Below, in pieces: positions 47,440 through 57,889 of a stretch of 64,000 bases of DNA; the stretch's first letter is position 1; each line of letters opens with the position of its first letter. Made by a program: the position numbers and the translations under genes. The notes under the pieces were generated by a model. That model had not been told where the DNA came from, did no database searches, and worked only from the letters and a program-made list of their open reading frames with translations. Source of the DNA: Eukaryota sp. TZLM1-RC (Eukaryota; Protista; Metamonada: BaSk clade); assembly GCA_040285825.1 (NCBI GenBank), contig JAUPSS010000001.1, positions 2,046,001 through 2,110,000 of the forward strand, in the 5' to 3' direction.

Positions 47440-47593
47440 TGATGGTCTTGGCTGTTGGTTATTGTCTGACATACAATGTAGAGTAACAGAAGTGTAATTT
47501 ATTACGAAGAGGAATTGTATTCACTCTTCTTTAGCTAACAGGCGGAATACTAATAACTAAACTATTAACTATAAATACTATTCAAGACTAACA
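47440..47593 (-). repeat. 5' LTR (154 bp), contains the gag ATG at 47472
   Basis: Identical by eye to 40185-40338. Confidence 0.95.
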
Positions 47594-47645
47594 CAAAATG
47601 AAAATTATTACAAACTTGAAGGAAAACACTTATCCACACATCAAT

Positions 47646-48250
47646 ATCCCCCAAATGATATCATTTCCATTTCAACTGGTGATAGTCACTCTCTTGCCCT
47701 CTCTTAAGCTCTATGGATGGGGTAGAAATGACTTGAATCAAATCAATACATCTGAAGAGTGGTCATTACCATTTACCCAAATAAATATTCCTTATAACAT
47801 TAAGGAAGTTTATTGCAGTCATGGACATTCTTATGCCTTGACCCAAGAAGGTCAAGTTATTAAATGAAGAGACGGTAAATCTTTTGAATTAATTGAAGAA
47901 TTAAATAATATTGTTTTCCTTGGTTTGGATCATGATGCTTTTGTTGCAAATGATGGAAATGGAGATTTCTTTTGTAGCAAGATTTTATCTTGTGGAAGCT
48001 ATGAAATTGAGCAATTAGTTGTATTCCAGTGCTTCACCCCAAAAAAACCATTGGAAAATTGAATATTATTTATTGATGATTTTCTATTCGTCATTGACAC
48101 CAATGGTGATGTTTGGAAGTTTGACAAGGGGCGTGATGATGTTCCTTTCAATAACAAACCCACCAAAGTTCCAGGGTTGAATAATTTTGTTTCCATTAGT
48201 GGTTATGATGGTATTTATGCTGCCATTGATAATAATGACAAAGTTTATGA
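47646..48250 (+). pseudogene. Partial decayed duplicate of the RCC1-repeat gene at 19763-21955
   Basis: KLYGWGRNDLNQINTSEEWSLP...GHSYALTQ...KGRDDVPFNNKPTKVPGL; corresponds to about 21050-21650, with stops. Confidence 0.85.
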
Positions 48251-48277
48251 ATGATAAGTTTATTAAAGTTTATTAAA

Positions 48278-49520
48278 TTTAATACTTTGAGAACAAATTT
48301 CGTAGGAAATTTAGTAGAAGTTTGTCCATCTAAAATTCCTTATCATGCATTTTTTAGTCCTAAATTTGGTGGAGTTGGTTTTTCAAAAGCATAGTATTTA
48401 TGCAAAAGTGCTTTTATTGGTGGTATGAAAAATTTTCTTTTTGAGTGGAAACTTCGTTTTGATCATATTCCTTTGAATGAATCACATCCTTTATTTATGT
48501 CTCTTGAAAACATGGTGCAGGAACTACCTGTTGATGTTTGGAATAGGAGTTTTCCTTCAAGTTTGCCTGCTGTGCCTTCGAGATCTTTTACCAATCTTCA
48601 TCTTGCTGTTGTGAAATTACAGAAGTCTGTTCTTATTGGTTTTGAAGACCTGGATTTTTCTAAACGACTTAGTGTGACTAAGATTAATATTTCCCTCTTT
48701 GCTGCCTTTTTATCAGACATTCAGAACTGCACTAGTTTAATATCTCAGCAACCAAGGCCATTTGGTCTTCACTTAACAAATGAAGCTTGGAAACAAAACA
48801 TGCGGTTGAGATTAGGGATGTATCCAAGTGGTCTTTTGGACAATTCTCATTGTATTTGTAACAAAAAACCTACTGCCAATTTCCGTCATATTGTGAGTTG
48901 TAAGAAATTCCTTCAATATAGGTCAGTTCTTCATAATGCCGTTCGTGATGTGACATATGAGATGTTCAAGTGTTACAATTTTAGTTGCAAAGTAGAACCT
49001 TTGTTGAAGCATTATAGTGATGATAATCTGTTTAATTCACGTCGGGGTGATTTAATTGCTCCTTTTGTGGATTCCTCTCAAGTTGTTGTTGATTTCACTA
49101 CAGTTGATCCCTTTGCTTTTGTTTATCGTGATGATGTTTTACTTAGTACTAATGGTCATTTAAACAAGGCTGAAGATCGTAAAAGAGATAAATATACTGA
49201 GATATTAAATGATTGAAATAAGAATCTTTACTCGAAGTTTTCGTTTGTTCCTTTTGCCTTTTCGATTTTTGGCATCATTGGACAATCCGCCTTGAATTTT
49301 ATCAATGATTTTGGTAATTTATGTCGTTCAAGTGGTAAGAATTTTGCAGGGAATTTATGGAAGAATCGTATTATTTTCGCTTTGTACAGAAGTGTTCCCA
49401 AGTACTTGAGTTTAATGATGTCCAAATTTTATAAGGATTCATCAAGAGTTGGCGTGGAGAATTTTGTTTCTTATGTGTTTTAGTTTGTTTTGTTTTTATT
49501 TGATTCTTCGTAGAAAATAA
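48278..49520 (+). mobile_element. 5'-truncated CRE-like family C copy
   Basis: Near-identical to 58198-59440. Confidence 0.92.
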
Positions 49521-50020
49521 GTTGATTAAGTCTCTAAAGTACTCCTTTTCTTCTTCAAACACCAAGAAAACAACAAGCTGACATTATCGTGCTGATCATT
49601 CTGGGAAATTTAAAATGTAGACTTTGACCTAAAGATTTGATGCTCTGCTTATAAGTGATACTGATATTTTTTTATTTTCAATCTGGTATCTAATAAATAT
49701 ATAGAAATTATCGTCGACACAGAGTAGCATGTGTTGTTTTGGTATTGCAAACGCTGTAATACGCTACTTAATTTTGATACACATTGTGATTGTGCTTAAC
49801 AAACATCTGTTTTCATAAAGCAATTCCAGAAATAATAACCATTGCATTGTTACAATTAGGAATAGAGTATGAAAATCGCGCACTTAAGAAATTTGATTAT
49901 GCTGATGAGTGTATTGAGGATATTGAATTCTAGTTTTATGTTTAGTTGTGTTGGCCGTTTGAAAATATAATTTAGTTGTTCAACAAGTTTAAATCCAATA
50001 CTCAATTTCCTTCATACACA

Positions 50021-50527
50021 ATGCCAACCGACAGTATCACTTTGCGGCTTCAACTTGAACATCCTGGTCTTGCTACTCTACAAAATCACCTCACCAAAAT
50101 TACTCAATCTTCAGGGCAGGATTACGTTGCTGCAGTCAATGAGCTTGCTGAGTTTAAAGACGACTTCCTCCGTGAATGTACTATCTACAAAGACTTGATT
50201 CTTAGACGTCAGGAAGACCTTAGTTTACTACAACAACAATACCAAGCAACGAAACAACGTATGACAGAGCTAAGTGCTGAAAGAAATCACCGACAAGTTC
50301 GTTTACAAAATACTACTGCTCAATGTCAATTATGCATCGAGTACCAGGCTCGATTAGGGGAAGTCAACAATATTCCACCAACAGAACAATCAAAACAACA
50401 AGCTGATGAGCTCAACTCTGCTATTGACTCTTTAAAACAACAATGTGCTGAGCTCAATCAAGAAATTGAAAGAAAAATGTTGCCCTTTTCCTTGGTGCAA
50501 GTGCTGGCTGATGAGATGAAGGGGTGA
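50021..50527 (+). CDS. THO complex subunit 7 (THOC7/Mft1)-like coiled-coil protein
   Basis: 168 aa; DSITLRL..., EYQARLGEVNNIPPTEQSKQQADEL...ERKMLPFSLV parallels THOC7 EYDALAKVIQHHPDRHETLKEL...RRKQFHVL as recalled. Confidence 0.6.
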   Translation: MPTDSITLRLQLEHPGLATLQNHLTKITQSSGQDYVAAVNELAEFKDDFLRECTIYKDLILRRQEDLSLLQQQYQATKQRMTELSAERNHRQVRLQNTTAQCQLCIEYQARLGEVNNIPPTEQSKQQADELNSAIDSLKQQCAELNQEIERKMLPFSLVQVLADEMKG

Positions 50528-50555
50528 AGAAATGGTGAAGAAATGGTGAAGAAAT
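50523..50555. repeat. 11-bp tandem repeat (GGTGAAGAAAT) x3 spanning the stop codon
   Basis: Direct reading. Confidence 0.8.
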
Positions 50556-50814
50556 CGTTGGTGTTTTTTGTATTGTATCTTTATTTAATTGTTGATTTTA
50601 TCTTTTTTGTTTTGATTTTGCAAATAGTTTTCATTGCCAATTTCATAAATATTTAAATTTTTCCAAAAAAAATTGATTTATTCATTTCTTTCCTATTTTA
50701 AGAAACTATTAAAGTTTGTAGTCACTGTGATGTGGATGACAGTCAAACTTGACTGTGTAAACGTCATCATAACTCTAAATTGATCAACTATTATGTGGTG
50801 GTTTCCGTGAATGC

Positions 50815-51600
50815 TGAATCTCACACTGTTCTTTGTCCATTTGCCTCTTCCTTACATGACACGCTTGAACCACTGGCTTTATCTTTTTTGGATGATTTTA
50901 TTGAAATTGTCAAACAACGTACAGGAAGAATCGTTGACAAAACGTTTTGGCAGAACAGAATTGTATTTTCAATTTATAACGGTGTTGTGCCGCTATTGTC
51001 TTCTGCTTCATTATCTCTTGGACGCTTTTATGAAAGAAAAACTTCCAGTCAATTTTTGTTGGCTGATTTGGGGTTTTTTAGACGCCTTGTCCATTGACCC
51101 TTGTAATTCCTCTAACGAACATCTCATTAACTCGGATGTCAATAATCCTCTTTTTGCTGGCGAAAAATATAAAATTGCTAAATATGCGAAACCCATTTCC
51201 TCGGTTAATGAAAATTCTCATGCCCAATATAATTTATGTCCCTTTGTTTTTTCTTTGCTTGGATCTCTAGGTGAGGCTGCTATGACTTTCCTTGAGATTT
51301 TGTTGTACTTGTAAAGGAAAGAACTGGAAGAATTTTCCATCGTGTTTACTGGCAAAACAGGATTGTATTTTCTATTTTTAAGGGAATGGTAAAACTGATT
51401 TCTGATTCACTGTCTTCTTTTGGGAAATTTTCTGAATCTTTGGCAATTAATTGTTTTGATGTAGGGGAGGCAGGTTTTGAGGATGTGGAGTTTTTGTTGT
51501 GTATTTTATGTTTTCATATTCCTTATTAAATGAATAAAAAAAAAGAGATTTGGGATATGAAGATTTAGAATTTTTGTTTTTGTTTTTAGTTTTTTGAATG
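50815..51600 (+). mobile_element. CRE family E 3' fragment with nested family D insertion (51073-51546)
   Basis: GATTTGGG duplicated at 51065-51072 and 51547-51554 around a poly(A)-tailed family D fragment. Confidence 0.85.
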
Positions 51601-51609
51601 TAAAGTCTA

Positions 51610-54330
51610 TTTATTGAACATGCACACGTAATTAAATTAATTCATAACTAATGGGACGACCATCATTGAACCAAGATTTCCTCTACAAAATCTTGATCTG
51701 CTTGCTGTCTAGCTAAAGCTTCTCTTATTCGATTGAAAAGCCGAGGTAATCTATAAATAATGGCAAATTGAATTCAAGAGCGCCATAAAAAAATTATCAA
51801 TTCTTTTCATTGTTTTTTCTTGAACCATTTTTTGGAAATCATTCCAAAAAGTTCCTGCTTCCACTGATAGTCTTGTGTTTATCGAAAATGGGCAAGCAAT
51901 AAAACAAGTGTTCTATTTCTATCAGCATTAGCTTCTTCGATATCTTTGTCATATTTTCTATGTTTTTCTTTAGCTTTAAATTCAAGAGCACTTACAGGAT
52001 TAAGTTTTCTTTTGTGAACCAAAGTGTCATTTGTAACATTACAGGAGACAAAGTCAACAACAGCTTCACAGTTCTCAATTCAATCAAAGTATACATCACC
52101 TCTATCATCAGAACCAAAACTATTCAGTGACAGTGTTTCCTTCAGCAGAGGCTCTTTGATACACGATATTCTTGCAGTTTGTGCCATATTAAAAACAGTG
52201 TCTCTAACAGCATAATGTAATGAAGAACGATAAGTTATCAATTTAGAACAATTCAGAGCATGGCGCGAAGTGAGTTGAGGTGAATTCGAACAAATACATT
52301 TTTCTTTTGATAATAATTGATTAACGGGGATATTCAAATATAATCTCATTTTTGTTACAAATGCTTCATTAGTGGCACACAATCCAAATCTTTGTGGTAC
52401 AATGGTTATAAAAAGTGAAGATCTTGGTTTAAAATAGACGAACTTTTTTTTTAAATCTAATTTTATTCTAAACCTATAAATCAACATCTAAACAATCCAT
52501 CTCTCCCAAAACAAAAACACTAGATGCAACTCTCTCATAGTGAGATCCAAGAGAAAGCAAAGCATCAGAAACCATCTTCAACATCCCCTTAAAAATAGAA
52601 AACACAATTCTATTTTGCCAAAACAATCTGTTGAAATTTCTGCCAGTTTTTCTCTTTACAATCATTTCAAAATCATCCAAAAAACGTAAAGCAGTTGGTG
52701 CAAGTGAACCAAAAAGGGAAAATACAAATGGATACAAATTGTATTTTGCATGCTGTAGACTGGCCAATTTGGACAAAGGTTCATTGTATTTTTTGAATTT
52801 AAAATTTTCAGCATTTGAAAGGGGATTATGAATTTCAGAATTAACAAGCCTTTCATTTGAGGCATTACAAGGATCAACAGACATTACATCCAATAAAATG
52901 AAGCTTCCATCTAATCCAGGTAATATGACATCACCTCTATTATTCTTATGAAAATCATTTTCAGCATCAAACAGATTTGACAACAAAGGTTCCAAGAAGG
53001 ATTCAATTCTATGAGATTTACACATACAATATAACTGGTCTCTTACAGCATCATGAACCTTGCTTCTAAAAGTAATAAAATGTTTACAATTTAACAAATG
53101 AGTAGTTGTAATTTCTTGAGAACATTTACAAATTAAATTATGAGGTAAATTATCAGGCCAGATAAAGGAACGAAATCTCATATTCAGAGTCCAAGCAGAA
53201 TCGGATAAGAGAGTAAATAGACGAACTGCATATACTATTATAAAGTCTTCTTTTCTGGAATATTGCCATTGAATGATTGGGGAAAGCATCGACCCCATTT
53301 TTCTGCATCAATTTTTGAAATTCTTCATTTAATGCAAAAACAGTGGAACTTTGCGTTGTCATCAATAAATCTTCCCAATCTGCAAATCTTTCGGAAAACT
53401 CAAAGATTGCATTTCTGCATCCACCAACAAAAGCACACGAGGTAAGAATATAAGCCTTCGTCCACCCCAAACCGCCATAATGTGAACTAAGGTAAGCATG
53501 GTCTGATTTTTGGAACATTTTACATCCCAGTAATTGCGACAGAACTTTTGCACGTAACTCATTAAACTTCTGAGCCAAAGGTCTAGTGACAAGAGGACTT
53601 GTAGATCGAAATATATGATTGAAATTGGAACTAAAACACAGTCTTATAAAGGTAAATTTGATGTGTTTTTTTATATCTAAATTCATCATTCGGTCAATTT
53701 TGTTGGAAATTGAGTTCAACTTTTCAAACAATTTTTTGTTAATTTCAACATTATTTCCTAAAAACGAACCCAGATGACGAATAGCATCAATTGAATATAA
53801 TTTGGCTTGAATTTCAATACCATGAACTATTGAAGTAACTGGAGAATTCGATAACAAAACACATTTAAGGAAATTAAATTGAAGGCCAATTTTGTTGAAT
53901 AATTCTTTAAAACATCCAGTTGCTTCTCTGACAATCTTTAAGTCACCTATAAGAACAACGTCATCCATATAGGCAATCATTTTTAACGAAGGAAACATCT
54001 CTTGAATTTGTAATAAAATAGGATGAATGACCAAACAAAACAAAAGAGGTCCTAACGGATCTCCTTGCTTTACACCACTTGATGATTTCAAAATGGAATT
54101 ACCAAAATGTAAATTAGAATTTGTGCTGTATGATGATTTGAAATACGGCATTAATTCCGGCATATATTGCAACAAAGCACCATGAATACTGTAACGACTG
54201 AGTGAATTGCTTGCATTACTAAAATCCAATGACATACATTGGATTAATTTTGGCGAAATAATACATCTGTAGCAAATATCGCTGAAGAAACTCCATCAGT
54301 GATATTACTTCCATATTGGAAGGGCAATAA
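51610..54330 (-). mobile_element. CRE family B copy with nested family A insertion (~52445-53214)
   Basis: RT ORF 53153-54235 (QGDPLGP, YMDD); AAATAGACGAACT duplicated at 52432-52444 and 53215-53227. Confidence 0.9.
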
Positions 54331-54718
54331 ATTTGAATGTAACAAATTAAAATTTTCAAAAAAAATTAATATATGTATGACTGTTAAACTTAACAAATCA
54401 AGTTTCAAGCTAAATAAGCGAAGCCATTAAACAATGATTTCTTTTGGTGCCATAACCTCTGGATATTGTCAAATTTGAAACAAAATATGTTCATTTTGAA
54501 ACAGTCAATTGTGTTGATTTAGGTTTGGGAAAATAATCAATTTAAACTATTTCTTTTTTCAGAATTTCAAGAAGTAAAATAGGTATTAATCAAACTAAAA
54601 TGTGTTTTTATGTATACTCAAATCTAATAAAAAATACTTTCATCAATGACAACAACTTAATCATCATCTCTAGTTTAATCAAATCAATAAAAACAATCTT
54701 CGTTATTTTTGGACGTTG

Positions 54719-54865
54719 ATGCCATCAGACCTATCACGTGACATCAGAGAACGTGACTACCTCAAGACCATTCTTCAAAAAATTTATGCGCGTTTTATGG
54801 GTCACCGGAGTTTTATCAGGAAGTCTTTTATGCATATTTTCTACGAATTCTTTTACCAAAAAAAA
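54719..54865 (+). pseudogene. Fragment of a PP2A B56/B' regulatory subunit
   Basis: Frame not in the track: SRDIRERDYLKTILQKIYARFMGHRSFIRKSFMHIFYEFFY, resembling B56 [41 protein letters not shown]. Confidence 0.7.
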
Positions 54866-55071
54866 CCGTAAAAGGGGTAAATACAGATATTTCATACCTT
54901 CTAGTCACCTTGCTTTTTATCTTTTCTTATTTTAAAATGATGAACAGCAAAACAGTATAACAGCTAATCAATATGCAATGGGATTGTAAATTGTGATTTC
55001 AAGATGTTTAACAAGTTAGTTGAAGAATTAAACGACAGAATGTTTACTATATTTACAACTCTTAAGAAGAA

Positions 55072-55170
55072 ATTGTTTTGATGTAGGGGAGGCAGGTTTC
55101 GAGGATGTGGAGTTTTAATTGTGAATTTCATATTTGTTTGTTGAATAAAAATTAGTATAATAAAAAAAAC
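55072..55170 (+). mobile_element. 3' tip of CRE family D
   Basis: AATTGTTTTGATGTAGGGGAGGCAGGTTTCGAGGATGTGGAGTTTTAA followed by AATAAA and an A tail. Confidence 0.75.
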
Positions 55171-55632
55171 TTAAGAAGAAATATAATTCTGTTTCTGCAT
55201 TGGAGAAAATGGCCAAAATTAAATAGTGTAAAAATAGAATTGAATAAAAAAATTATTTATTTGTTGACATTCCTGAGATTTATCACTGACATGCTTCGGG
55301 TATTCAAAACAAGAAATCCCATTAGGTGGTTTATCAAGGGTTGTGGCAATAACACAAGAAACAATGAATAACAATGAATTTGAATCAATGATGACCTGGC
55401 ACCACGTGCCAAACAGTGAACCATAACTATAACTGGGAGCAAACATTTATTCATTATGTCTAATATCTTCTGTATTGTTGGATAATGTTGTATTTTCAGC
55501 AGAAATTCACTTTTTCGAGGAAAATTATTCCGTTGTCGATGTTATTTTCAACTATTTGTCATTTGTTTTTAAAGTCTTCCAAAAATGGTAAAAACGTATG
55601 TATTTTTGGTAATGTTTATATTTTTCAATCAA

Positions 55633-57510
55633 CTATACACAGATCCTATCCTTAAATCTATTGTTAAGTTCGCTCTTCTTGAATTCCGACAAATTGTTAT
55701 CACCGAGCACCAGCTTAACTTTTGAATTTGTCGTCATGGCTTGAGCAAAAATCTCAGCTGCTTGATCTTCCATTTGGTTGACTTGAAGATCAAGTTCTGC
55801 AAGCACAGTATTGATTTTCAGAGCTTCACCTAAAGCAATGGCTCCTAAATAACCACAATTTGTATTAGCCAGACCAATTTTCTCTAGTGATTTGTTTGAC
55901 TTTAAAGCTTTGGCAAGGTGTTCAATGCCCTGATTGCCAATGGGATTATCCTCCAATGATAATACCCTTAATGTAGAATTGCATGCCAAAGCATCAGCTA
56001 TAGCGTCACAGCCTATATGAGTAATTGAGTTCTCTGTAAGGTCCAATGATGTCAGAGAAACATTGGTCCTTAAACATTGAGCAATTGAAAGTGCTCCACT
56101 GTCATTGATATTGGTATCAGCGAGATAAATACATTGAATGTTTTGGTTCACTGCCAAAGCAGAAGAAATCGTAACAACTTGATTTTCAGTTAGGTTCTGA
56201 AACCTGAGATCAACTTGATTCACTGCTTGTTTGAAATGTTCTAGTATTGCATCATGACATCTCATCGACAAACTTTCCTCACCATGTTCAGAATCAGACT
56301 CTTTTTCAACCAAATCACATTTGCTTCCATCAACTTTTCTCCAAGGAGTGTTTTCATGTGGTGCATGTGTCCTATTTGATAAATGACCACTTTCATTGGT
56401 TAGGTTTTGAATCTGCAGCTTCAATTCCTGGTTTTCAGAACTTAATTGTTGAATTTTTTGGTCTTTTGCATCAATTTTCTTTTTAATTCTATTCAAATCT
56501 TTCACTTTCTGATTCATTTCATTAAAACAATTGTCCATTTTGCTAGTATATTCTTTTTGCTTTTCAGCATCATCAAGTAATTCTTGGTTTTTTTGCTCAA
56601 GTTCTCGAATAGTTTGTTCCAAGCTTTGAATTTTCTGATTTGAATGAGAATTTGCTCGGAGAGCAGGTACTTTGTCATGCTCTAACTCCGAAGTTTCACT
56701 GCTCACAGCTCCTCCATCCAAATTGTTTAATACATCAAGAATTTCGCCAATTGAAGGTCTTGATTTTGGATCATTATCTAAACACTTATTGATGATGTTG
56801 ATCAATTGTAGAGGCATCTCAACATTAGACGGGAGCTTGATACCTTTGAACTTGTCTGCGAACAGGCTGATATTACTCGAATCTTTGAAAGCTATTTGAT
56901 TTGAAAGTAATTCGTATAGAACTACTGCAAGCGAATAGACATCACTTGCTTGGACGGCGGCATGGTCGAAAACTTCTAGGGCTGCATATTTTGGAGTAAA
57001 GGAGTTGATAGAGGTAGAAGTTGTAGTGTTGGAAATGATCTTTGAGGTTTCGAAGTCTGAGATTTTTGGTTGGCCATCAACCATTAAAATGTTCTGAGGT
57101 TTTAGATCCCTATGGATGAATCCCTGGGCATGAAGGTAAGCAATGGTAGATGTGATGGCCTTCGCATGGGAAAGAGTAACGGGAGTCAAAGATGAGGGAA
57201 CATGGAGTGAACCAGAAGCACGTTCCATCACAATCCCTACTGATTTGTCTATGTATGTGATACCAAACACTCTAATGATCCCAGGGTGGTTGAGCGATGC
57301 TAAGAGTCCGATCTCTTTCTTGAGTTTGGCTATATCATCCTCACTGAGAGAAACAAGCTTAATGGCTACTTGGTGTCCCCACCAAATTGCAGCATAAACA
57401 GAAGCAAAACCGCCATGTCCGATTAGATCGTGTTGAAGGTCGAGTTCAAGTTCAGAAGCCTTTATCTCTCGGCAAGGTTGATGATGTGATATCGACATTT
57501 GATGACTCAA
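55633..57510 (-). CDS. TKL-like protein kinase + coiled coil + RNI-like LRRs
   Basis: IGHGGFASVY, VAIK, HRDLKPQN, SDFETSK, SDVYSL; LRRs such as LTSLDLTENSITHIGCDAIADAL. Confidence 0.88.
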   Translation of the reverse strand: MSHQMSISHHQPCREIKASELELDLQHDLIGHGGFASVYAAIWWGHQVAIKLVSLSEDDIAKLKKEIGLLASLNHPGIIRVFGITYIDKSVGIVMERASGSLHVPSSLTPVTLSHAKAITSTIAYLHAQGFIHRDLKPQNILMVDGQPKISDFETSKIISNTTTSTSINSFTPKYAALEVFDHAAVQASDVYSLAVVLYELLSNQIAFKDSSNISLFADKFKGIKLPSNVEMPLQLINIINKCLDNDPKSRPSIGEILDVLNNLDGGAVSSETSELEHDKVPALRANSHSNQKIQSLEQTIRELEQKNQELLDDAEKQKEYTSKMDNCFNEMNQKVKDLNRIKKKIDAKDQKIQQLSSENQELKLQIQNLTNESGHLSNRTHAPHENTPWRKVDGSKCDLVEKESDSEHGEESLSMRCHDAILEHFKQAVNQVDLRFQNLTENQVVTISSALAVNQNIQCIYLADTNINDSGALSIAQCLRTNVSLTSLDLTENSITHIGCDAIADALACNSTLRVLSLEDNPIGNQGIEHLAKALKSNKSLEKIGLANTNCGYLGAIALGEALKINTVLAELDLQVNQMEDQAAEIFAQAMTTNSKVKLVLGDNNLSEFKKSELNNRFKDRICV

Positions 57511-57889
57511 AAAATTGTGATGGATTCATTTTGAATTCATTCTCACCAATTTGCCCGTTTCACCTGTGATTTTTACGTCCTCAATGTTCATCGATTGCTT
57601 GCATGTAATGTCACGACGTTTCCACATCCAACACAGTGGAAAGAATGACATTATTCAAATGATTACTGAAAAGAACATCCAGTTTTGTTTCTGAAAATGT
57701 TGGAACAAATACAGCTTGTGTAAAAGTCAGAGAAGATCAGAAAACATTGACCAAGTAATTAGAATCATAAATTCCTCTTCTGCTTCTCTCAATGGATAGA
57801 ATGAAATAATAATTAATTGGTTAATTGTTTTGTTTTTAATTATTGTATTTCTTTATAAAATTGATTCGTTTCTTTTGATTAAATAAATA

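Larger units (their letters stand above)
40185..47593 (-). mobile_element. Ty3/Gypsy LTR retrotransposon with chromodomain-like integrase tail
   Basis: 154-bp TG..CA LTRs; 4-bp TSD CAAA (40181-40184, 47594-47597); PPT GAAAGAGAGGAAAAGGCAG; order Gag CCHC (CNFCKQMGHPTERC), protease (IIDSGAT), RT (YIDD), RNase H (CDASD), integrase (HHCC, DVIG, HSDNG, VER, GPF). Confidence 0.96.

Noticed and set aside
52474-53298. 274-aa ORF, and ORFs 4030-4485 and 50811-51314, as novel fusion genes
   Set aside because: They span insertion junctions between different elements; chance open frames.
1741-57569. Many short ORFs overlapping or antisense to the main genes
   Set aside because: Shadow frames with no motifs, many starting at non-ATG codons.
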